Sequence record: NC_048053.1
Strand: one strand, 5' to 3'
Length of the DNA: 64,000 nt
Positions 39,414 to 47,995 of the stretch are shown in pieces (within the stretch, counting starts at the first letter, position 1; each line of letters opens with the position of its first letter). The position numbers and the translations under genes were made by a program. The notes below the pieces were generated by a model. The model saw nothing but the letters and a program-made list of their open reading frames with translations, ran no database searches and was not told the DNA's origin.

Positions 39414-39563
39414 ATGATCATGTCAGAGCGGGAAGAGTTTGAAGTTTGGTTCGCACGAGAAAAAGAGCCGAAGATTGATCCTTCGCAGATATTTCTTATG
39501 CGAGAAATAATGTGGGAAGGCTGGCAAGGGAAAGCCAGCAATCTCGATCCAAATAAAAAGTGA
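39414..39563 (+). CDS. small hypothetical protein (…SEREEFEVWF…MWEGWQGKA…)
   Basis: AAGGAG Shine-Dalgarno. Below the ORF-track cutoff. Confidence 0.55.
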   Translation: MIMSEREEFEVWFAREKEPKIDPSQIFLMREIMWEGWQGKASNLDPNKK

Positions 39564-39605
39564 TCGATGGTGAGCAAAATTCTGTCTCGCCGTTAGGAGA
39601 ATAAA

Positions 39606-40313
39606 ATGGAACTGCTAACCGGTATTGAGTTTGAAGCTCGTTTGAAAAGTTTAACCAGTCAGTACAATCTCGTTGAGTATCACGAATGGATTCAGAAAAA
39701 TAATTCTGTTCGTGGCACCGCATTTTATCATTCGAACCTGCACATGGATGGCGTTGCGATGTTGTGTATGGATCTTCTTCCAGAAGAAGCGCATGATGAT
39801 CGCGATGCAGTTTTTTGTTTGCTCGCTGCTGCTTTGATTCACGATATGGATCATACGCTCGGCGAATATAGCGATAACGTTAATATCCAAAATGCAATTG
39901 CGGCGCTCAGGGATTGGACGTGGGCTTCTCCCGCTGATTCCGATTTCAAACGTCTGTTGCCTGAAATCGAAAAGCTGATCTACATTACGGAATTTCCGTA
40001 TATGCCGGATCGCGAACCTCAAACGGTTTATGAAAAAGTTCTACGTGACTCCGATATTTTGTGGGGAATTTTGCCCGGTCGCGCCGTAACGATTGTGGAA
40101 GGATTACGAACTGAATTGCTGCATTCGTTTCCTCAGTACACAAGCGACGGCTTTCGCTTAGTCAACTTCATCTATGATCGAATCGACTTCCTTCGTTCGC
40201 TGACTTGGGCGACGGAAAAAGGAAAGAAACTTTTTGATCGGTTTATTATCCAACACAAATTGGAAATGTTGGATTATATCAACTCAGTTAAATCCTACGA
40301 GGACAGAAAATAA
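39606..40313 (+). CDS. HD-domain metal-dependent phosphohydrolase
   Basis: FYHSNLH, AALIHDMDH and LRDSDI give the H...HD...D signature. Confidence 0.85.
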   Translation: MELLTGIEFEARLKSLTSQYNLVEYHEWIQKNNSVRGTAFYHSNLHMDGVAMLCMDLLPEEAHDDRDAVFCLLAAALIHDMDHTLGEYSDNVNIQNAIAALRDWTWASPADSDFKRLLPEIEKLIYITEFPYMPDREPQTVYEKVLRDSDILWGILPGRAVTIVEGLRTELLHSFPQYTSDGFRLVNFIYDRIDFLRSLTWATEKGKKLFDRFIIQHKLEMLDYINSVKSYEDRK

Positions 40314-40840
40314 TGTTCCCTATCGTTAGCCTTCACGATGTTCAAAAGTTAGCTGAACTTCAAAACAATCTCGGAGACAAAGCAATTCAACGCGGAGATT
40401 TAAATCATCGCCGCGTAGATTACCGTGTTTTCCGCGTTGAACTTTCTCCTGAACTGAATACAGAAGATGTTATTCGTACTTATTACGGCGAACTGAACTT
40501 CTTCTCTCGAACTGTCGTAACTTCTGTTTCGCGTTACTGCGAGGATGAATTGGTTATTGCTGTTCCGGCAATCGCCTCTTCTATCTCTCCATTCGACTGC
40601 GCCGTTGTTGCTAATGGTGTGCTTATTGGGATGGATATTAACTATCGCGAAATGATCGAAGAGGCAGCGAAGAATGTTCTGGATTCGAAAACTCTAATCG
40701 GCGCAATCGTCGCACATCACTGGCAGCATCAATTAAATGCGCCAGTGTTTAGTGGAGTGATTGAAGGAAGTTTCTTCAAAACGATTCGCGCCAACTTGAA
40801 CCGAATAAGTTGGCCTAAAGCGGCTAAGGAGTCCAAATGA
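40313..40840 (+). CDS. hypothetical protein
   Basis: TAATG overlap. Confidence 0.65.
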   Translation: MFPIVSLHDVQKLAELQNNLGDKAIQRGDLNHRRVDYRVFRVELSPELNTEDVIRTYYGELNFFSRTVVTSVSRYCEDELVIAVPAIASSISPFDCAVVANGVLIGMDINYREMIEEAAKNVLDSKTLIGAIVAHHWQHQLNAPVFSGVIEGSFFKTIRANLNRISWPKAAKESK

Positions 40841-41289
40841 TTTACGATCCTAAAAACGGATTGTTAAACGTAAGCGGCATTGAAATGCGCACTCGTCCGG
40901 TTTTGTTTCAACATAAACTCTGGCAGAACACGGAAGAATTTTTCAAGCAGGCTGAACAAAATTTCATTGGTCGTTATAACGCAGCAAACGGAACCTCCCG
41001 TTCTGTTCTGCCGATTTCTTTTGTGTACGTTATCTCGAAAGGCGGTCATCGAGTCCGTACCTCAACTTTGCTTGAAATGTTTGGCTATGACGGCGATAAA
41101 TTTGACCCGTTAGATCCAGACTATAAATTTTTACTTGGCGAACTTTTTGCTCGCTACTCAAAGTGTTCTCCTGAACAATGTTTTGTGCAAAGTTTTAAAT
41201 TGCCGGAACCCGGTCTGCTGAACACAATCAATTTTCTCATCCTGCCTTGCGAAGATTTCTTCGTAGGCATCGTTAGCTTAGAGGGTTAA
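40837..41289 (+). CDS. hypothetical protein
   Basis: AAGGAG Shine-Dalgarno. Confidence 0.65.
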   Translation: MIYDPKNGLLNVSGIEMRTRPVLFQHKLWQNTEEFFKQAEQNFIGRYNAANGTSRSVLPISFVYVISKGGHRVRTSTLLEMFGYDGDKFDPLDPDYKFLLGELFARYSKCSPEQCFVQSFKLPEPGLLNTINFLILPCEDFFVGIVSLEG

Positions 41290-41496
41290 ATGGAAACGAT
41301 CTCTATTCGTGTAAAACGTGCGGAAGTTCTTGTAGGAAACGGCGAAGATAAAGTTCTGCTGGTTACTGAACTTCCGCTAGGTGTTCATCCCTTCAAAGAT
41401 GAGGGGCAGACACTCGAATTTAAAGTTGCCGCTGGTAAAGGTGCTCTTTATGTCCAGAAGCACTTTAATCTGAATCCAAAAGTCACAAGGGTATAA
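41290..41496 (+). CDS. hypothetical small protein
   Basis: GAGG Shine-Dalgarno. Confidence 0.6.
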   Translation: METISIRVKRAEVLVGNGEDKVLLVTELPLGVHPFKDEGQTLEFKVAAGKGALYVQKHFNLNPKVTRV

Positions 41497-41502
41497 GCGA
41501 TC

Positions 41503-41907
41503 ATGAGTAAGAATAAATCAGTCTATGATGTTCTTCTGCAACGCACAATTTCAAGCCTGTTGAATTTAAGTCAGGCTGATACTGCTACGCAGGTTTCTAT
41601 CACTGTCGCAGGAAATGCGTATAAATTTTCTCTGCCTTTTGAAAAAGAAAAAGTGCTTCGTGTTGTTGTGCGCGTTAGCGATAAAGGCAATCTGAAAATC
41701 AAAGCAACGTTAGATAAACCAGTTAAACGGTTTATCTCTGGCCTTGTTGCTCTTGCCAAAGATAGTATGGTTTCTTCTAACGATGGTCTGCGCGATTACA
41801 CCAAAGTAAAAGACAAACTTTGGAAAGCGTATGTGAAGAAAGCCGAAGCTGAACTGCGTAGTAAGATCATTCGTTCAGCGCTGGCTTCCTACCAGTGGAC
41901 AAAATAA
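41503..41907 (+). CDS. hypothetical basic protein
   Basis: ORF followed by a terminator. Confidence 0.65.
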   Translation: MSKNKSVYDVLLQRTISSLLNLSQADTATQVSITVAGNAYKFSLPFEKEKVLRVVVRVSDKGNLKIKATLDKPVKRFISGLVALAKDSMVSSNDGLRDYTKVKDKLWKAYVKKAEAELRSKIIRSALASYQWTK

Positions 41908-41908
41908 C

Positions 41909-41931
41909 GCGCTCCTGATGGGGCGCTTTTA
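41909..41931 (+). terminator. intrinsic terminator
   Basis: GCGCTCC-TGAT-GGGGCGC-TTTT. Confidence 0.7.
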
Positions 41932-41954
41932 CTTCTCTTTTAGGAATTGCAATC

Positions 41955-42578
41955 ATGCGTTATGAACTGAATCAGTCTTATGTTTTCTTCGCAGCACAAA
42001 GCATTTTTGAAGATGGGCGTATCATTGAAAAGATGCACGCCTACCAATCTACAAATCCGAAAGACAAATTGAAGGATATTCAATTTGTTGTTGGTACGTG
42101 CAAAGAACACCACAAAGTTCCGTGGGATCAAGATCCGAAAGGTGAGAAGAAATACGATGGTTTTATTTTTGAACTGTCGGACGGCATCAAAGCTACGAAC
42201 CAGTATCCTTCTGCAAGTTACGGTCAAATGTCTGATACGGCTGATGGTGTGATTTCTCTTTTGAGTCACTACTACGAAAAATTCGATAAAGACTTTGATC
42301 GAATTTCCGAAGCAGATGTTTATCTCGAATACTTTTCTTTCCAGCGCCATATGGAAAACTTAGAATCAGCTATCTATAAGTTTTCTCCGGAAGGTGATAA
42401 AAACGATCCTGAATATTACGCTATGTTGAATGAGCGCCGCACCTTGTTGATTACTGAACTGGCAAGACAGCTTAATATGGGGATTCGCTTTACTCAGTAC
42501 AGCGTCACAACCAAAGATGGTTCGGTTATTGCTCCTCCCGGATTATATCGCTCAGAGTTGTTTCAACTCTGCAAATAA
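41955..42578 (+). CDS. hypothetical protein
   Basis: AGGA Shine-Dalgarno. Confidence 0.7.
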   Translation: MRYELNQSYVFFAAQSIFEDGRIIEKMHAYQSTNPKDKLKDIQFVVGTCKEHHKVPWDQDPKGEKKYDGFIFELSDGIKATNQYPSASYGQMSDTADGVISLLSHYYEKFDKDFDRISEADVYLEYFSFQRHMENLESAIYKFSPEGDKNDPEYYAMLNERRTLLITELARQLNMGIRFTQYSVTTKDGSVIAPPGLYRSELFQLCK

Positions 42579-42623
42579 GTGCCTGAAATACCGCTGGTAA
42601 CATTTACGCCTTTTCTGTAAACT
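42565..42623 (+). promoter_or_regulatory. box-type promoter (GCAAA 42571, -10 TAAACT 42618)
   Basis: Member of the 10-copy family (TGCCT variant). Confidence 0.75.
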
Positions 42624-42677
42624 GTGGGAAAGGCGTTCCCTATCTTAAATCACATAATAGACTGCAAGGAGTTCTAT

Positions 42678-43283
42678 ATGTTCGCTATCAAAACCGTAAC
42701 CGACCTGAACAACCTGATTGAACTGCAAGACGCGGTATTATCCGAAGTGTTGGGTAAATCCTCTGACATGCGTTTGATTAAGTACCAGTGGAATCTGGAT
42801 CTGTACAAACACAAATGGACAATGATTAAAGTTCCGGTTGAGGTTTACGGTTATCAAGATATCGAAGAAACAAATATGCGTTTGCATTTTGTTCGTCAGT
42901 ATCTGAAAAACTCACATTCGTTTTTGAAAAGTATCGTTTCGCCTCGCCGTATTTCATTATCAGGAAAATGGATTCCTTTCTTCGTTCCGGGTGGTTTTGA
43001 TTTTTCTGATTCCGTCCGTTTGACGAACGATAATGAAAACATTTTGACGGGCGTTTCAAAAGCTGGTCGCGCATTTCTCGAATGCAGTATCAATCCTCTT
43101 TTTCGTACAGAGTGGATGCTGGAAGATATCGTGAGTGCAATCGTGTGGGCGAAAGTTCAATACAACTTAACGCCTGAAAGTTTTAATGTCGATGTGTTTA
43201 GCGCATCGCACGCAATTCTTCATTATGTGCGTAAAGTCCTCTGGTCTTTCGCAAATCCAAAGTTTAAAAAGGCATACGCATGA
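42678..43283 (+). CDS. hypothetical protein (start ATG 42678)
   Basis: AAGGAG Shine-Dalgarno after the promoter box. Confidence 0.7.
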   Translation: MFAIKTVTDLNNLIELQDAVLSEVLGKSSDMRLIKYQWNLDLYKHKWTMIKVPVEVYGYQDIEETNMRLHFVRQYLKNSHSFLKSIVSPRRISLSGKWIPFFVPGGFDFSDSVRLTNDNENILTGVSKAGRAFLECSINPLFRTEWMLEDIVSAIVWAKVQYNLTPESFNVDVFSASHAILHYVRKVLWSFANPKFKKAYA

Positions 43284-43456
43284 GCATTTCGGAAAAACTT
43301 GCTGAACTACTTAAAAATGGCAAGGTAGCGTTTCCAACTGGAATTGATTTAGGTGACTTTGAGTTTGCTGCTCGTATGCGTGGCATTCAATTCACAAAAG
43401 CAAAAGTCGAAACATCCACTCGAACCGTCGTCCGATATAAGGTAACAGCACAATGA
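43280..43456 (+). CDS. small hypothetical protein (MSISEKLAELLKNGK...)
   Basis: ATGA overlaps at both ends. 58 aa, not in the ORF track. Confidence 0.6.
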   Translation: MSISEKLAELLKNGKVAFPTGIDLGDFEFAARMRGIQFTKAKVETSTRTVVRYKVTAQ

Positions 43457-43860
43457 AAGTTTTAGATCTGGATAAGTTTACTGGCAAGTTGGCGCTGTAT
43501 GCGGCTGCTCGTAAAGTCGAAGAAGTTTTCTCGCAAGTTGATCAACATATGCAACGCAATGGTGCTATCGCGTTTCACGTTCCGATGATCGACTTCTACG
43601 CGAATGCAAATGATGTTCGCGCAGTGTTCGGCGACGGCGTGATGGTGGATCATCAATGGGATGAGGCAGAAACAACGGCGTGCATTAATCGTGTGTTGGC
43701 TTCTCCCGAATTCGCCAACTGGTTCGGTGGCTGGATGGTTGCTGATGGGACGGAGTACATGAAGAAACATGCTGTGCTACAGTCGGAAATTCCGGATCAA
43801 AAAATCTTTATCTTCATTCCAGAAATTCCGGTTCTTTCGCTGCAACAAATTTTGAATTGA
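43453..43860 (+). CDS. hypothetical protein
   Basis: ATGA overlap. Confidence 0.65.
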   Translation: MKVLDLDKFTGKLALYAAARKVEEVFSQVDQHMQRNGAIAFHVPMIDFYANANDVRAVFGDGVMVDHQWDEAETTACINRVLASPEFANWFGGWMVADGTEYMKKHAVLQSEIPDQKIFIFIPEIPVLSLQQILN

Positions 43861-43870
43861 GGGAAGTGAA

Positions 43871-44704
43871 ATGTCTGCTGTAACAAGTCAGAATGATTTT
43901 GATGCAGTGCGTACCGCGCTGGAGAGCATTTTAAAAGCCAATGAAGATGCTCGCCGTGGACTGTACGAAAAGGGTGAGTTGTTTAACGACAACTTTTTGA
44001 AGTTTTCCGTTTCTGATTTACATAAAAGTTTGCAGAATACTCCGCGTAGAAAACTGCCTCAGATTGTTGAGAAAGTTTTAGGCGATTTCAACTTTAGAGC
44101 AATTCACGGAGATTGGGCGTTGGTCAAACACGATGCTCCCGATTTCACAATGATTGAATTGCCTCACTCTGCAACGAATGTCGTTGGCGTTACTTTTTCA
44201 AAGAGTGGTTATAAAGGAAAACTGGTAGAATTAGGCGATACTGATTTTGCGGAACCCGTTGAGAAGGAGAAAACAAAATCTCCCGCTAAACGGCAAACAA
44301 AGAAAGTTATTGCTAAGAAGGAAGAAGTAAAAAGTAATTCCGATGTTCAGGAAGATGTTGAACCTGAACATGTAGAGAAAGCGCCTGCCTCTGTATTGGA
44401 AGTCAAAAAGAGAAGGGCGGCGGTTGAAAAACTTTCTCCAGAAGATCGGCGTCAATCTTCTGGTACTTACCAACAATTGAAATTCGTTTTGCTTTCCATG
44501 ACCAAAGAAACGCTAGACGTATTGGCAGAAACATTAAACATTGGCGAGTTGGAACCAACGGTGCGTGGGGCGGTAGAAGATATTCTTCGCTTCATCGATT
44601 TCGAATCTGTTCGCGATGCAGCGGATAACATGGGAATCACTCTGAAAGCTCGCAACAATGCAGACGCAGCACTGTTAGAATTTCTGATCGTCCAATCTAA
44701 ATAA
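43871..44704 (+). CDS. hypothetical protein with C-terminal HeH-like modules
   Basis: LLSMTKETLDVLAETLNIG and ESVRDAADNMGITLK...ALLEFL. Confidence 0.7.
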   Translation: MSAVTSQNDFDAVRTALESILKANEDARRGLYEKGELFNDNFLKFSVSDLHKSLQNTPRRKLPQIVEKVLGDFNFRAIHGDWALVKHDAPDFTMIELPHSATNVVGVTFSKSGYKGKLVELGDTDFAEPVEKEKTKSPAKRQTKKVIAKKEEVKSNSDVQEDVEPEHVEKAPASVLEVKKRRAAVEKLSPEDRRQSSGTYQQLKFVLLSMTKETLDVLAETLNIGELEPTVRGAVEDILRFIDFESVRDAADNMGITLKARNNADAALLEFLIVQSK

Positions 44705-44721
44705 ACCCGTGGAGAAGAATC

Positions 44722-45504
44722 ATGTTAACCATTCAGCGTAAAACCAGTTTCAGCGGCATCACTTTTTCTTTCATGCGCAAAGGCAAACTGATTGCCGCGC
44801 ATGTTTCTGGCCTGCTGCTGTCGCAAGCCATTGCTAAAATGTACGGCAGCGGCATGACCGTTTGTATTCAGTACAAAGACGGACGCGAAGTTGAAGATCA
44901 AGTAATCATGCGTCGCGTTATTCAGGCAGATCCGATGCAGGATTCTGAAAGTTTTATTGATATGTGTCTGTGCCTCGATTTGGGTACGGCCTTCGCCGAA
45001 GTTCCGTTGATTGCTATGCGCAGCAAAACGAAACCGGATGAAAAAGCTGTCAAGCGCGTTATCGTTCGCGATGCTGATCGCATGGAGAAGTTTTTAATAG
45101 AACAGCGTGACGCGATTGAAGCGCAATCGCTCTACGAATTCCTCGTTGATAGCGAACTGCGAAACGTGCGCCATGTTGTTCGCTTCCTCGGCCTCACTGT
45201 TGAGGGTGGCACCGAAGTTGAAGATCATGCAGACGAGATTGTAGAAATTCCTCGTTCTGTTTGGCATGAGCGTTTCATCGAAAACGAATTGAAGTTAGAT
45301 CCGGATGCGCCTCTTGTTTCTCTGGCGCAGGACGCGATTTATTATATGGAAAATAAAAATCGCGTTGACGCGTCTTTGTCGTTTGACGATGAAGACGATT
45401 TCGATTTCGAAGATGAAAAGGAAACCTTCACCGAAGATTTTGATGGTGACAACATCGAAGAAACAATTCTTTCTGACGATAGCGGTCTGGAAGAAGATGC
45501 GTAA
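44722..45504 (+). CDS. hypothetical protein with acidic tail
   Basis: GGAG Shine-Dalgarno, 260 aa. Confidence 0.7.
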   Translation: MLTIQRKTSFSGITFSFMRKGKLIAAHVSGLLLSQAIAKMYGSGMTVCIQYKDGREVEDQVIMRRVIQADPMQDSESFIDMCLCLDLGTAFAEVPLIAMRSKTKPDEKAVKRVIVRDADRMEKFLIEQRDAIEAQSLYEFLVDSELRNVRHVVRFLGLTVEGGTEVEDHADEIVEIPRSVWHERFIENELKLDPDAPLVSLAQDAIYYMENKNRVDASLSFDDEDDFDFEDEKETFTEDFDGDNIEETILSDDSGLEEDA

Positions 45505-45657
45505 GATTTAAGATTGTGCATTTTAGGGCGGATTGCTCTAGGCTTGAATTTGGATTTCCCTGCCGCCACGGAAGGCAGTGTTTAAACTCAAGCCAACTTT
45601 TTATGTTTCTTTGCGAGGGAACATAAACGGTTCAACCACACAAAGAGAGGCTACGCT

Positions 45658-46008
45658 GTGAAAACTATCAAATTCCATTTTGGCGCAAGCCAGTTAAACA
45701 CGCTCACACTTAACCGTGATGCAATCAAATCTGAATCGCAAGTTAAACAGATCCTGAATATCCTGATGTGCCCTGCAAGTGTTTGGGAAGCGATTGTGTC
45801 TAACGACAACGTTAAGCAGGTTACGCTTTTTAACAGCGCCGCAGAAATGGCTCCGTATGTTTCAGCACATCAAGCTATTCATCATTTGGACAGAAACAGC
45901 GATACTTTCACGGAAGAGTTTCGTGCGCTGCTTTCTACGCATAATGCGATCTTCCTGAACGGCACCGATATTCAGATTCTGCCGATTAGTGAAGATGAGA
46001 TCGATTAA
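45658..46008 (+). CDS. hypothetical protein
   Basis: GAGG Shine-Dalgarno, GTG start. Confidence 0.6.
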   Translation: MKTIKFHFGASQLNTLTLNRDAIKSESQVKQILNILMCPASVWEAIVSNDNVKQVTLFNSAAEMAPYVSAHQAIHHLDRNSDTFTEEFRALLSTHNAIFLNGTDIQILPISEDEID

Positions 46009-46065
46009 CTCTGCAAAACAGTGTCCAAAATAGCGATGGAATTTTGGAACACAAATCTGTAAAAT
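46007..46065 (+). promoter_or_regulatory. box-type promoter (GCAAA 46013, -10 TAAAAT 46060)
   Basis: Member of the 10-copy family. Confidence 0.8.
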
Positions 46066-46157
46066 GTAGTCAGAGGCAAGTGCCTCAACAAGCGTGTAAG
46101 GATTTACGGGGTTTTCACCTTACATGCTTTCAACGTAAATCCCAAAGGAAACAAATC

Positions 46158-46895
46158 ATGCCTAACAACAAAACTTCCGTTCCTTCTCGCAAAGAATTCG
46201 CAGCAACTAGAGCGGCGGCAAAAATGAAATCTGCTCCTGCTTCTGTTCGTGCGAAAAATTCAACGAAAGGTGTTGGTCGCGAAACTGATGCTGATCGTTT
46301 GGATAAATTTGTGGTTGCGGTTCTGGAAGAATGGCGTGTAGCCAAAGAGAATAATCTCGAAGGCTCCGATCAAAACATCATCAAAGTTAGTATGCGCGAA
46401 ATCAATTTGCTCATGTCTCGCTCTTTGAAAAACACGCGTGTATCTCGACTGCACGATCTGATTAACGATACGTTATCCGGATTGAACATCGTAGACGTTT
46501 ACGGTTCGTGGGTGTTCGTTGATTGGGATTCTCCAGATTGTTTGTTTATCAAACTGCCGGAAACATCGACCAACGCGCTGCGTGTGAGTATTTCTTTCCC
46601 GAAAGGAAGTTCTGATTACTCGTTTCGCAAATCTACTGAGAAATTGATTGAACATGGTTTCGGTGGTGATGACGAAGACGATGATCAAACAGTAGTTGAT
46701 GATGGCGACATTGATCGTGAATATGATCGCCGTCCTGAGAATGTTCGTAAGACAGAAAAGCAATTGAGGTCTTGGACTCTTGAGCAATTACAAAATTTCG
46801 TAATTGAAAACAAGATTGAGGTCTGGGCCGGTGCTGATTCTAATTACGAGACACTTCTTGTTGCCGTGTTGGACTTCAAAACTAAACAGGCATAA
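46158..46895 (+). CDS. hypothetical protein with C-terminal HeH-like module (start ATG 46158)
   Basis: AAGGA Shine-Dalgarno. C-terminal LRSWTLEQLQNFVIENKI...ETLLVAVL. Confidence 0.7.
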   Translation: MPNNKTSVPSRKEFAATRAAAKMKSAPASVRAKNSTKGVGRETDADRLDKFVVAVLEEWRVAKENNLEGSDQNIIKVSMREINLLMSRSLKNTRVSRLHDLINDTLSGLNIVDVYGSWVFVDWDSPDCLFIKLPETSTNALRVSISFPKGSSDYSFRKSTEKLIEHGFGGDDEDDDQTVVDDGDIDREYDRRPENVRKTEKQLRSWTLEQLQNFVIENKIEVWAGADSNYETLLVAVLDFKTKQA

Positions 46896-46903
46896 TTGAT
46901 TAT

Positions 46904-46930
46904 GGGTGGCACTTCGGTGCTGCCCTTTTT
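46904..46930 (+). terminator. intrinsic terminator
   Basis: GGGTGGCAC-TTCG-GTGCTGCCC-TTTTT. Confidence 0.8.
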
Positions 46931-46962
46931 AACTTTCTGGAGAGATTTTTAATAGGAATAAG

Positions 46963-47343
46963 ATGATGGGCTACATTGATACTCTGGTTGAAAACCACAA
47001 TCTCCATCCTCAAGAGCGTCGTGATAAATATCAAACGTTCTCGCTCAAAACTAAGCCGCGTAAAGCTGGCGGCGTTGTTAGAATTGATTTGCTTCGCGCT
47101 ATGGCTTTTGTTGGTGAGACGAATTTTAGCGAAGAGGCACAATTAAAATTCATTTCAGATTATAATTCGTTTCACTCTGAGGATCTTCATCCTCTGCTCA
47201 TGTATCGTACAACTGAACCTGTCAATTCTCGGCGTGGTTGGAAACACGCAACTTACATTGTTCGTCTGCCGGATCGTGGAGATAAAATCCACGAAGCGAA
47301 AATTGATGACGGTTCAATTATTGTTGGGGAGGCAAGATTCTGA
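46963..47343 (+). CDS. hypothetical protein
   Basis: AGGA Shine-Dalgarno. Confidence 0.6.
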   Translation: MMGYIDTLVENHNLHPQERRDKYQTFSLKTKPRKAGGVVRIDLLRAMAFVGETNFSEEAQLKFISDYNSFHSEDLHPLLMYRTTEPVNSRRGWKHATYIVRLPDRGDKIHEAKIDDGSIIVGEARF

Positions 47344-47708
47344 TGCCTACAATCGAAGAAGTAAAAAACAGCGCAACCATTTATCAATTTCTGCAAAATC
47401 CGTATGGTGTAGTTCGCGCCGGATCGTACAAACCAAATCTTTTGGATTGTTGGGCGTTAGTTGTCGATACGATTCCGAAATGCTTTGTCGCGCTGTGGGG
47501 AAAAATCTGCGAACTTAGTTGGCATATGTCGATTCGTGGTCTGCTTATCTGGCTTTTATTTACGCCGCTCTGGATTTTGATTGTTGTGCCGATGCCGCTA
47601 ACGTTTTGGATTTGGGGAACGTATGTTTATTTCTATATGCGGGGCGAACCAGAACGGCATAAGAGGATTCAGGAACGATTGGACAGAAAACTTGATTCCT
47701 TGATATAG
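47343..47708 (+). CDS. membrane protein
   Basis: TGATG overlap. Trp-rich hydrophobic segments. Confidence 0.65.
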   Translation: MPTIEEVKNSATIYQFLQNPYGVVRAGSYKPNLLDCWALVVDTIPKCFVALWGKICELSWHMSIRGLLIWLLFTPLWILIVVPMPLTFWIWGTYVYFYMRGEPERHKRIQERLDRKLDSLI

Positions 47709-47712
47709 ATAG

Positions 47713-47771
47713 AACTCTGCAAAATAGTGTCCAAAATAGCGGTTGTTTCTGCCGCTTCGTTTTGATACACT
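47713..47771 (+). promoter_or_regulatory. box-type promoter (GCAAA 47719, -10 TACACT 47766)
   Basis: Member of the 10-copy family. Confidence 0.8.
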
Positions 47772-47871
47772 ATTTGGACAGGGCAGCAATGCCCTACAAG
47801 ATTCAACGTGAAGTGGAAACTTTTTGTAGGCAAGGAAGCCTACACTTTTTTGCAAAGTCTCCGATTAAGGG

Positions 47872-47930
47872 AACTCTGCAAAATAGTGTCCGAAATTGCG
47901 ATTGATAATATCGCTACTTTATAGCACTAT
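47872..47930 (+). promoter_or_regulatory. box-type promoter (GCAAA 47878, -35 TTGATA 47902, -10 CACTAT 47925)
   Basis: Member of the 10-copy family. Confidence 0.75.
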
Positions 47931-47995
47931 TTAATCTCACTCGGCGCAGTGCCGAAACAACAAGCCTCAACTAATATTTCTTAGGAGAAATAATC

